In this document: positions 12,475 to 22,700 of the stretch, piece after piece
Layout of the letters: the number at the start of each line of letters is the position of its first letter
How positions within the stretch are numbered: position 1 is the stretch's first letter
Assembly: GCA_027923505.1 (NCBI GenBank)
Contig: BROI01000020.1
Coordinates: 434,001 to 498,000 of the forward strand
DNA length: 64,000 nt
Direction: 5' to 3'
Origin: Mayamaea pseudoterrestris
Taxonomy: Eukaryota
Made by a program: the position numbers and the translations under genes
Notes under the pieces: generated by a model
The model's input: the letters and a program-made list of their open reading frames with translations, nothing else
Told to the model about the DNA's origin: nothing
Databases searched by the model: none

Positions 12475-14038
12475 ATGCGCACTTTCACATTTCGCCTCTG
12501 TTGGGGATACTGGTACCAAACCTATGAACATTGTTTTGGTCCAAACTACCTATTTTTGAGCGAAACAGAAAGTGATGGAGCTCTTGATATTTGTCTCGAC
12601 GAGGAGTTTTTAAACGGATATCTGTCACTCAACGATTCATCAGCGGATCAGCTTCTCTCTGCTCTACGTAACGAGCCCATTACGACAGCCTCACTCTATC
12701 ATGTTTCTTGGAGAATGAGTCGCATTCTTCGAAGGAACGACGGTGCATCAAAACTACGTCGCCTTTGCGAAACACTAGGATTGATACCAACACTCAAAAG
12801 AGCAGATATATTGATTTACGCTAATGAACGTCCTTGGAGCGAGCTTCAAATTTGTGCGGTACAGTGTCTGCGACAAATCGATGAACTCATGTTTGTTGGT
12901 TTCAGCCATGAATATGATTACAATGCGGATGAAAGTGTCGAGGACAGTGATGACACGAGCTCCAGCGATGATTCTGATAGCACCGACTCTCATGAGCTGT
13001 TTGCCCCCGAGGCTTTGCTCGAGCATTCTTCAGTAAAAAATGTTATTCTTCTCGATGTGCAGGTCGAGCAATATCAATACTATATTCCGCTTCTTCGAGC
13101 TGCGCCGATGCTTGTCAGCGTCACACTGAATCCCGGTGATTTTAGTATGGACCTTGGGTATGCGGAACCAGGTACTCGGCTAATTGTTGACTTGCTGAGT
13201 TTGGATAAGCCGGAGCTTGAAATTAATCTCAAGCGGCTTTATTTTGATTATGAATGTGCCGCAAGTGTGTGCAATGCCATTGCAGGGGCGAATTTAAAGG
13301 CACTCAATCTTGTATGTTGCGAGTTTGATAATGCCGAAAGTTGTGCTGGCGCTCACGAGATCGAGCATTGGAGAAGTCGGGCTGCGCAAGTTGAGGTTTG
13401 ACGAAGACGAAGACGAAGACGAAGAATGTGATACGCAGTTTCTCACTGCATGTGCTGCCGGGATTCGTAGTATGACCCGACTGAAAAAGTTTTCGTATCA
13501 ACCTAAGCGGCTTCATCGCAATGCAAACCGAGCATTGCTCAATAACGCAGTCGTTGGTGTTGTTGGTGCTTTGGCTGGCTGCCCGCAACTTCTTTCGCTG
13601 GACCTCAGTCTTTACTCCTACTCTGCCAGTCTTGACGAAGCCTTGGCAAGCTGCTTTCGCAGCTGTCCGTTGCTGGAGGAATGTCTGATTTTATGTTGCT
13701 CTGATAAGGAGATATACACTGGACAGTCATTGCCAAACTATCCCTTGGCGTTGCAAGCAATGGAGAGTAACTTCACATTACGGCGTGTTACGTTGGAAGC
13801 ACTGACTGATGCTTCAAATATGAATTTGCAGATCTACCTCCAACTTAATCAATCGGGCCGCGGCTGCATGGCAACTGATCGTGCCAATCGTCAGTTGGCT
13901 GTGCAGGTCCTTGCGCGGGTGAACAACGAGCTGAGCTATGTATACACTCACCTTCGTGAGAATCCAACAGTTGTTTACAACCGCGCCACAATGATTAGTA
14001 GCTGTGTAAGCCGCAAGCGAAGAGCAAGTGCTCTCTAA
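12475..14038 (+). pseudogene. RNI-like LRR family protein, frameshifted duplicate copy
   Basis: Identical to 7092-8655, including the frameshift. Confidence 0.8.
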
Positions 14039-14369
14039 GATGGATATGTAGGGCCGTAAAAATCTAATTAGCTGTATACCAAAGGCAGGCATCCTAGGAG
14101 AAGAGACATGAAAGTTAATAGAAAAGGATATAGCACATAGACACAATATTTAGCGTCTACGGGTAGGTGCAGTTGCAATCGCATGTTACTTGGTCGTACC
14201 CAATGACAATACCCACCTACGTTCGCTCCTGGAGCGTCCGGTAAAATGACTTTTCGTGACTAAATGTCATACTGGCACTCAAGTTTCCGTTGACGCTTCG
14301 AAGATCAGTTGATAACCATGCCGGCGCGGCGCGCCAGCCCGTCCAGCTGTTTCAGAGTCTGCGATTTGC

Positions 14370-14484
14370 TACTTTCAGACAATGTCTGAAAGTATCTTTC
14401 TGATTCAGACAATGTCTGAAAATATCTGGCTTAATCAGACAATGTCTGAAAGTACTTTTTACTTTAAGACAGAATCTGAAAGTA
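14370..14484. repeat. Left subterminal array: 4 x 30-bp palindromic units (TCAGACAATGTCTGAAAGTA)
   Basis: CTGAAA(G/A)TA at 14386, 14416, 14446 and 14476. The first unit is the perfect palindrome TACTTTCAGACA-A-TGTCTGAAAGTA. Confidence 0.9.
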
Positions 14485-15039
14485 TGTCACTATTACGTTT
14501 AAAGTACTTTTTGCAGATGCTGTAAATATCAATGGTCACAAAAGTCATGACGGTGAACTTGATGCCTTCGACAACGCTCGTTGCCGTGCATACGCTTACA
14601 AGCACTACCACTGTCAGCTCAAGCTATAGAAGGCCAATTCTAATAATTTCATCTTCAAAATAGACTAACTAATATATGGCGATTGGATCTGTCAAGTTGG
14701 TTTGGTCGTGAGATGCCTGTGGAGCTCACGACGACACGATTTGTGTTCATGGGGGCCCAGGCGCCAGTTCCGCTTCATGCAGCCAACACATCATCCTTTT
14801 CCTGGGAAATCATTACTATATTGCCAGTTTCTTGACACGAATGACCATCTATAACATGTATTGCAACAAGCTGTATGGCTAGTCAGTGCTTGTCGAAGGT
14901 GCCATGGTCGTCGTCGTCGTCGAAAACTTGGTTGGTGGCAGTCATACCATCGAGACATTTCAATGGAAACAGCTGCCTCCACGACCAATCATAAGCTATA
15001 AAATATCATTGACTTTGCTTTCAGAAAAATTAGGCTTAA

Positions 15040-15148
15040 TCAGATAAAATCTGAAAGTATCTTTCACTTTCAGACAGCGTCTGAAAGTACTTTTCTGATT
15101 AGACAATGTCTGAAAGTATCTTTCTGATTTAGACAACGTCTGAAAGTA
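15040..15148. repeat. Right subterminal array: 4 x 29-30-bp palindromic units
   Basis: CTGAAAGTA at 15051, 15081, 15110 and 15140, with the same consensus as the left array. Confidence 0.9.
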
Positions 15149-15289
15149 TATTTGGCGATCCGTTGGCGCGCAAGCATAGACTGGATTGGCACGCGCGCAT
15201 TTTCGCCAATCAAATCTTATCCACGACTAAAAATTAGAAACGGTGCGACATTTTCGGCGAAAATGACGTTTTACCGGACGCTCCTGTAG

Positions 15290-16399
15290 CACAAGCGATG
15301 AGCAGACACCTTCCGGCACGCTTCCTTGCCGTTCAGTTACAGATTCGACAGCTGCGAGCGTGTTTCCATCTCGAATGGCAAGGTTACAGATAGTTTAACC
15401 ATCAAACTCTCGCAGCGACCTCACTTTCCCAAGATGCGAAGGCCAAGCGCCTGGTAAAGCAATGTTCGCCGAGAGCAGCGCGTTCAACTCGCCGACTTGT
15501 AAGACATCGAACCGGTCAGCAGGGACTTGTTGGTCAAGCTCTTGGGCTGCGGAAATCTGGGTTGGATTGCGTTAAAGACGAAAGAAGAATTATTCCACAG
15601 ACCTTGGTCAACGAGCTTATTTACAGTTAATACACGGCCTTTGAAACGGTAACTTGCGGCTATGAAATACTCCAATGCTCCCACCTGCCTATTGCGGTAG
15701 GCAACGAGCCTGAGAACTGATTGTTAACATAGTCGACTCTTCTCATATCAGTCAAAAGTCCAAGGGAATGAGGCGGTCATGTGCCAGTTAAGTTGCTAAC
15801 GTCCAAAACACCGTGTTTCGCCGACTCATCCAAACGAAATCCGGTATTTTGCCGTTGAGCCTGTTTGAGATCAATCTGCTGACTTTAGCAAGGTCGGACT
15901 AAACAGCGAGCTCTGGTGGAAGCGAGCTAACAAAATGGCTTTCTGGCAATGCCCCGCGGCAAGTCTCCAAGGAGTTGTTGTATTTTGCGTCACCGTTGGC
16001 AAAGCAGCATACTCATTGTACCACGAACAAACCTCTACCGTATGGTTCACCCGGTCGGTGTTGTTCTTCCAGTGTAGTCCACTCATGCTAAATTGCAATG
16101 GCGGCAAAGCGAAACGAATTGTCAAAGGTTTTTAAGGACGTTGACATTACTGGAACCGAAACGAGCCCCTTCCAGGCCTTGATTTGGCTGGAAACAGGTT
16201 GAAAGCTGACGTCTTGCCGTGAGCTACTCCAGTACGCATCGATTCGCTGTTGATTCTCTGCTGGCAGCTCGTTTCGCGTCCAATTCTGCAAAAACTGAGA
16301 AACACCTTGCCCATTGCCGGCGACACTTGAACGGTTGCTTGCAATGGCTTTTGCCTGCTCGCCGAGCTGTCACTGTTCCTTGATGACGACGACGACGAC
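15290..16399 (-). pseudogene. Decayed receptor-type LRR protein gene, 5'-truncated
   Basis: Fragments in different frames: N-cap-like RFAL..SGLHWKNNT..CSWY, then NRLNGKIPD and VDYVNNQFSGSLPTAIG (LxLxxNxLSGxIP-type LRRs). Many stops and frameshifts. Homologous to 18210-18720. Confidence 0.7.
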
Positions 16400-16608
16400 T
16401 TGGCAGAGCACAGCCGCCGAATGACAGACTACGCGGAGTACAGCCGCCCAATGACGAAAAGAAACAACGATGCGAAATGCGAACCGATCGCCAAAAGTCG
16501 GGCGTTCCACGCTGCACTACTTCGATCTCGATTGGAGACGACTACACAATCCTCTTCTCGCCAAAGGCTGCTTCGTTTGACAATACTACTACTGCGCTGG
16601 TTCAAAGG

Positions 16609-18099
16609 ATGAGTTCATCGCTTGTTTGGAAAGGCAAAAGCTATGAGTATGAGCGTTATTTAGATGACAATGACAGCTCCAATGACAGCTCCAATAGCAG
16701 CATTGACGATATTGATTTGTGCCTTGACCAAAAGTTTTTGCGTGGACTCTTTTCGCTGAGCACTCGTGCGATGGATCAAGTGCTCTCCAGCTTGAAAAGA
16801 GAGCCTATCTATGCAGTGACGATTCAAAATATGAATGGAGCGTGGACGAAGAGTCGATTAGAGAAAGGACGTCGACTTTGCGAAGCGCTTGGCACCATTT
16901 CGACGTTGAAAAGCATGGTGATCTGTCCCGAAGATGCTCCATGGAACAAGCTGGAAAAACTTGCATTACAGTATATAAACCAGGTCACTTTCCTCAAGAT
17001 CCAGTATGGGCACTGGTATGATGAGGAAGGTGGTGACGCAACACAAATTTACGAGCTTGAGTTGTCAGAGGCTGACTTTTGCTTGCTTGAACACTCGACG
17101 ATCAAAGAAGCCACTCTTGATGAAGTACCAAATGAATATTTTACTTTTTACCTTCCGCTTCTTCGAGCTGCGCCAATGCTTGTTAGCGTGACGCTGGATT
17201 CATTGGAAGATGGTGACAGGGAATTGGGCGCGGCATCCGGAGAGGCCATTGCCGACTTGCTAACGTGGGACAAGCCTGAACTGAAAGTGAATATCCAAGG
17301 GATTTCTTTTGGATCTCATTGTGCGGCAAGTTTACGCGATGCCATTGCACGTTCGAATCTTGAGGCGCTCAATCTCGGTTGCTGTCGCTTCGAGGATGGT
17401 GAAGCATTAGGTTACGCTCTCACAAGATCGCATATTCAAGAAATCAATCTTTGCGAAATGAGTTTTAGCGGATGTGTATCAATCTTTTTGAATGCATGCG
17501 CAGCTGGCCTCAAAAACATGACGCAACTTCAGAAATTTTGCCATTCGGTCGGGTTCAAACACTACCTCATAGTTCACAACAAAACAGAGTATGATGCGGC
17601 GGTCGTCAAGGTTGTGCGAGCACTTTTATGCTGCCCTCAACTGACCACACTTGAACTTGAGTCGTTTTCTTACTCTCCCGAGCTTGACGAAGCGTTGGCC
17701 AACTGCGTCCAAAGCTGTCGGTATATGCGGGAATGCAGCCTTTTGCAATGCATACATTATGATCAACCGTTTGAGGCACGGGCGGTGCCTGAATATCCAT
17801 TGTTTCTGGAAGCAATGGCCAAAACTTATTCGTTGCAGCAGGTTGAGCTGGCAGGGGCATCGTTGGTGACTAAAGAGAGGATTGAGATGTACATTCAACT
17901 TAATGAAGCTGGCAGAGGGTACATGGCAGTCGATGGTTCCAATCACAAGAAGGCAATGCGTGTTCTTGGACGAGTCAATCAAAACCTGAACTGTTTGTTC
18001 ACTCACCTTCGAGAGAATCCTTCAATTTGCAAGGTCAGAATTGTAAAGGCTCGCGCAAGCCGTAAACGACGCAACGAAAGCGCAAGCGTACGTAGTTGA
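16609..18099 (+). CDS. RNI-like LRR family protein, intact and intronless
   Basis: About 496 aa from the likely ATG at 16609 (the ORF is open from 16477). Degenerate LxxLxL repeats, C-terminal QLNEAGRGYM..CLFTHLRENP and a basic tail RKRR. Confidence 0.8.
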   Translation: MSSSLVWKGKSYEYERYLDDNDSSNDSSNSSIDDIDLCLDQKFLRGLFSLSTRAMDQVLSSLKREPIYAVTIQNMNGAWTKSRLEKGRRLCEALGTISTLKSMVICPEDAPWNKLEKLALQYINQVTFLKIQYGHWYDEEGGDATQIYELELSEADFCLLEHSTIKEATLDEVPNEYFTFYLPLLRAAPMLVSVTLDSLEDGDRELGAASGEAIADLLTWDKPELKVNIQGISFGSHCAASLRDAIARSNLEALNLGCCRFEDGEALGYALTRSHIQEINLCEMSFSGCVSIFLNACAAGLKNMTQLQKFCHSVGFKHYLIVHNKTEYDAAVVKVVRALLCCPQLTTLELESFSYSPELDEALANCVQSCRYMRECSLLQCIHYDQPFEARAVPEYPLFLEAMAKTYSLQQVELAGASLVTKERIEMYIQLNEAGRGYMAVDGSNHKKAMRVLGRVNQNLNCLFTHLRENPSICKVRIVKARASRKRRNESASVRS

Positions 18100-18209
18100 C
18101 GTATGCGGGCATCTTTTCACTTGTATTGAGATGTTTAAGATATAATAATGTTAGCGTATTATAATAATTTACGCGCAGATGCAGTTGCAGTCGTATATTA
18201 CTTGATTGC

Positions 18210-18955
18210 AGTCTGGCAATGTCTTCGTTCGCCAGCTGCAAAAGTTCTTCCGTCTCCGATAGCAAGGTTCCACATTTAATGGCAAGGTTCCAGATAGCTC
18301 GGTGTTTAAAACGTCAGTCTCGCAGCAAACTCACTTTGCCAAGCTGCATCGGTATAGCGCCTGACATGCCAGTGCTCGCAAAGAGCTGCGTCTTCCATTT
18401 TGTCAATTCGCTGACTTGCGAGTGTTCGAAGGATACGTTGACATTACTGGATCCAAGATGAGCCACTTCTAGGCCGTGCTTTGAGGAGAAGCAGGTTGAA
18501 AGCGTGCTCTCTGTCATAAGCTACTTCTGTACGCGTGAGGCTGCTGTCGATAGTTTGCTGGTAGCTCGCTTGGCAATACAGTCCGCGTCGACACAGGCAA
18601 AAGCTGAGAAAGACATTGCCGTGGTCGGCGACACTTGACAGGTTTCTTGCAATGGCTTGCTGCTGCTCGCCGAGCCGTCACAATTCCTTGACGACGACGA
18701 CGACGACGACGACGACAACGACAATCCAGCGTCGACTCCAACAATCATGCCAGTGACAACGAGTGCGCATATGACAAACAGCCAATTGCAGCGCCGACGC
18801 TTCACATCGGCGTCATTCACTCTGACTACGGATAATGCTGGATAGATGCTGCATTCGTCCATGTTTTGCGAAACGACGGCCGTATTAATCAAGGCTGCCA
18901 TGATCATGAAGATTGTTTCCATTCGCGTACGAGTAGTCGTTGTGATTTTTCGCAT
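18210..18955 (-). pseudogene. Decayed receptor-type LRR protein gene with an N-terminal TM anchor and an internal deletion
   Basis: KRRR followed by a TM segment (WLFVICALVVTGMIVGV) and poly-Ser. In-frame stop at 18521-18523, then GMSGAIPMQLGKV and NTELSGTLP LRR remnants. Homologous to 15370-16399. Confidence 0.65.
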
Positions 18956-19762
18956 TTTTGCTGCCTATTGAAACGTCTGCGTGAATGAGCGCCAGATTGT
19001 CGTTAAAAGCCCCGACTCCTTTCCTCGTGCGCATCGCTTAGATAGACTCAACTTGCTCACGGTCGCTTCTGGAGCGATTGGCTCCTTGATACATCACTTA
19101 TGTAGATAGCTCGCTGCATCATTGTTTGTTTTTAGCTGCTATTCGAAAAGGCTGCAACCGCGGACGGCGAAAAAGTGAAACTGGTAGCTAACGCCATCGA
19201 GTCCTTTTGTATTTTTCTCGTGCTCCTCACATTCGCCAATATAAGATTCGTCATAGCTAGGATCATGTTTGTCATGGCTTGATGTATGTGGCTGTCTATA
19301 CTATATTCCTCGACTTTTCATCTGCAACTGCCGGCGTCGTCGCAGAAGGTTCGCTCACATTGAATCCTCAATCGTCAAAGTTTCCGTTCCATGAACATCG
19401 TCCATTTCTACAATACTGCCAATACTCAATGTATCCCTTGCATTTGCTGATCCAATGAACAAGAACTGCAGCAACTGCTCATCGTCGTCAAAACGGATGA
19501 GGACGCAAGCGCGCAACAGCGCGGTTCTGTGACGTCACGCATGTCAATCTCTTCCTCGTCATTCGACACGTGCAGCACATAAGTAATGGTTCATGAAAAC
19601 GACTCACTGATCGAGACACTTTGGTCTTGCTTGATCATTGAAAATGACCCGTCACGCAAAATCTGTCGCAACATCCAATCCATATTGCAAACCATTGCAA
19701 GAATCTATAGTCGAAGCGTAAGAAAGTCAAAAAGTTAATATAGCAGCAAGAGCAAAAACAGC

Positions 19763-22700
19763 ATGTCGGAAGCAGTGGAAGCCGCCCGCGATGGTAGCCG
19801 CAAGCCGTCCATCCTCACTTCACCACCCCAACGAAACAGCAGCAGAAGCGACAAGCGCCACAAGGCCAACGTTGTGACTACGCCAGACATGACTTTTCTG
19901 CAGGACAAGGCTTCCCAAGACTTGTTGAAGGAGCTGGAGCAAGTGACTTCGATCATTCAGTTTCGCGGATGGCGGGCCAGCTTTCTCCAGCACCACGAAG
20001 TCTTTCTGCACAGCGAACAAGCCCACAAGGCCGAAAAAGTCTATCTGAACATGTCGCAAAACGTCAACACGTGCCTCGAACTAGTGCTAAAGCTCGACCA
20101 GTACAAGCGTCAAACCACCGATCACGTCTTGAACAACGATTGCATCACGGCCAGCGGCCGCCTGTTGCTGGCCGAGATGGGCGCCCTCCTCACCAAAGTC
20201 AACGACATGCAGCGCCGCTTACTGCCCGGCACGCAGGAGGAGTGCGAAGTCTACGGCTACAACAAGTTTCACGTTGGCGCCGTGCTTGTGGCCGACAGCT
20301 TCGCCAAGTACGATCAGTTTGCCACGTGCGCGCAAATACTAAAGTTGCTCAGGACATCCTTGGTGGGAGTGGCGGATCGGCAGATTTTGGCGGAAATGGA
20401 TGCGTATCCAATATTGTTTGGAACGTTTTGTGACGTGCTTTCGGATTTGGGATTGTATGATACCATGATGAAGGTGAGTTTGTATGGCAGATGTATGGGA
20501 GCTTGTCGTCCCTGTCACTATTGTCAACTCACTATTTCGTCGCCTTGTCCTTAAACATTAGTGTCGAGAGTGGATCGAAAAGGAAAGGGAGCTCGAGAAA
20601 CTTGGCATTGTCGAACCAGAGCCTGAAGCGGAGACAGTCGACGAAGAAAAATTGGATTTGCCAATGCATGAGCCTGAATGTGAACCACTCGACAATTTGC
20701 AGGAAGACGACCAGCTGGAGGAAGAGTTGCAGGAAGAGTTGATTAGTGTCAAGTCATGGACCACACCGGACGCGATTGTTCCGTCCAAGCGACGTGGATC
20801 AGACTACTACGTGAATGGCGACTTGAGCGAGACGCTCCTCTTTCGTCCGCGCGAAAAGAAGCAAGTGCCTGTTGAAACGGAAACGGCGATGGTCGCGGTC
20901 GGAGCAAATGTAACACCACTGCACATGGAAGAGTCTGATGATGAACATTTACAAACTCGAAAAGTTGAACCATTCTGCATTGATAATGACGGCGAAAAAG
21001 TTGCACTTGCCGGCCGCAATCCACAGGAAAAGTTTGTTGACGCAGCGACTGCCGAAGAGAATGCTGCCGCAGAGACTGCGCTAGTAACTATCGGCGCAAA
21101 CCTCGACGCAGGGATTATGAATGATGATTTTGTTGATTTTGTGCAACAGAACTCTGTAGACCCATCCTGCTTTGACGATGACTGTGAAACGATTGGGCTT
21201 GCTGGCCGCAATCCGCAAGAGAAAGTTGTCGGCGAATTGAATAGCAAAACCGCGCTCGTTCCGGTCAACGCACAAGCCATTCAAAAATATGGCGGTAGTG
21301 AGCAATATGTTGAGCTCGCTTGTGCAGCTCCTCCAGAACATGAGTCTGAAGGAATTCGTATTACTGGCCGCAATCCGCAAGAGCGAGCAACGAATGTCGA
21401 CGTGGCCGCAACAATTGAATTAGCGCTTGTTCCAGTAAATTCAGTTCAAACCGCTAGGGACGATGGAGAAGACAATACTACGGATGCGCGAGTTGAAACT
21501 ACAGTGCTGAACGACAAAAAGATATGTTTGGCTGGCCGAAATCCACGAGAGCTCGAAAAGGCAGTCGGTGACAAGCCTCATGCGTCATCAGAAACAGTAG
21601 TCGCCCCACTGGATCATAATGCGGCGCCCACTAAAAGTAGCAGCACGCGCAATGTCGCCAAGAAAGATAATATTGCTTCGTTGGAAAGTCACGACACGGA
21701 CGAAAAGCCGAGCAGATTGGTCGACAAGACTTTGCTTAGGAAGACTAGCGAGGTGTCGACGCCAGCCGTCCTCGCATCTCCGAAAAAGAGCAAGAAGCAC
21801 AATGAAAAGAAGCATGTACAATTGGCAAATACAGATGGTATAACACCCTCCAAACCAACTGGACCAATGAGCACAGTGGTTGCGCCGAACCACGCAAACA
21901 CAAGCGAGAATCGAATCACTTCTGATGCAGGTGACAATGATGGGGGTTCGACTAAAAGCAGCAGCAATCCAGTAAGTCAGCCAGCAATTCAGCCTCCATC
22001 CATAAAAGAGAACCCAAAAGCGTCTAGTCCGGCCACGAAAATATGTCTAGTCGGTCGCAATCCAATTGATTTCGAAAACATGCAGCAGTCGCCGACGTCA
22101 GCTTCGCCAGTAAATGCTGGAGCGACGGCAAGGCCAGAAGGCACTGCGTCGCCTTCTGGAAAGCAGGTCAACGATGTAGCAACAGGTAAAGGACCGCAAG
22201 GTGCTGCAAGTCCAAAAGCCGTTGCATCGTCATTTAAAACGCAGCCGAAAAGTGAAGCAACTTTAGAAGCAGCACAAGCTCCAACAAAGCCAGCGTCTTC
22301 TCCCAAGATGCAAAATACGCAAGGCCATGCAATGAAGGTAGAATCGGTGCCTGCTGCTGCAATCGATCGAGGTTGTGAAAGTTCCGATAGAAAGCCGTCC
22401 ATTTTATCCAAACTGATGCCAAACAAGGAGGCAGAAAATCGAGATCATTTTAAGTCAGAACCTCATGCTGCTCTCGTTCGCGCAGATGGAGCTTCCGACA
22501 AAAAGCCTTCCCTTCTCTCCAAGCTGATGCCGAAGAAGGAGGCAGAAAGTGGCGATATTACTGAGTCAGAGCCTTCTGTCGCTCATGATCGGGCCGATGA
22601 TAAACCTGCCAAAAGGGCTTCTCTTTTATCCAAACTGATGCCGAAAAGGGAAGCAGAAAGTCGAGATAATATTGTCAATGATGTAGAACCCAACGTTTAC

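Larger units (their letters stand above)
8807..14191 (+). repeat. Tandem segmental duplication 1, copy B
   Basis: Matches 3424-8808. The only differences noticed are 4 substitutions near the 3' end. Confidence 0.97.
14232..15283. mobile_element. Non-autonomous TIR DNA transposon (PIF/Harbinger-like MITE), 1052 bp
   Basis: Perfect 15-bp TIR GAGCGTCCGGTAAAA...TTTTACCGGACGCTC, extending imperfectly to about 45 bp. CTG direct repeat on both sides (14229-14231 and 15284-15286). No transposase ORF. Absent from the paralogous region near 18230. Confidence 0.85.

Noticed and set aside
14370..15148. CRISPR-like appearance of regularly spaced palindromic repeats
   Set aside because: The linkers are only about 5-10 bp and similar to each other, no cas genes are present, the context is eukaryotic, and the arrays lie inside a TIR element.
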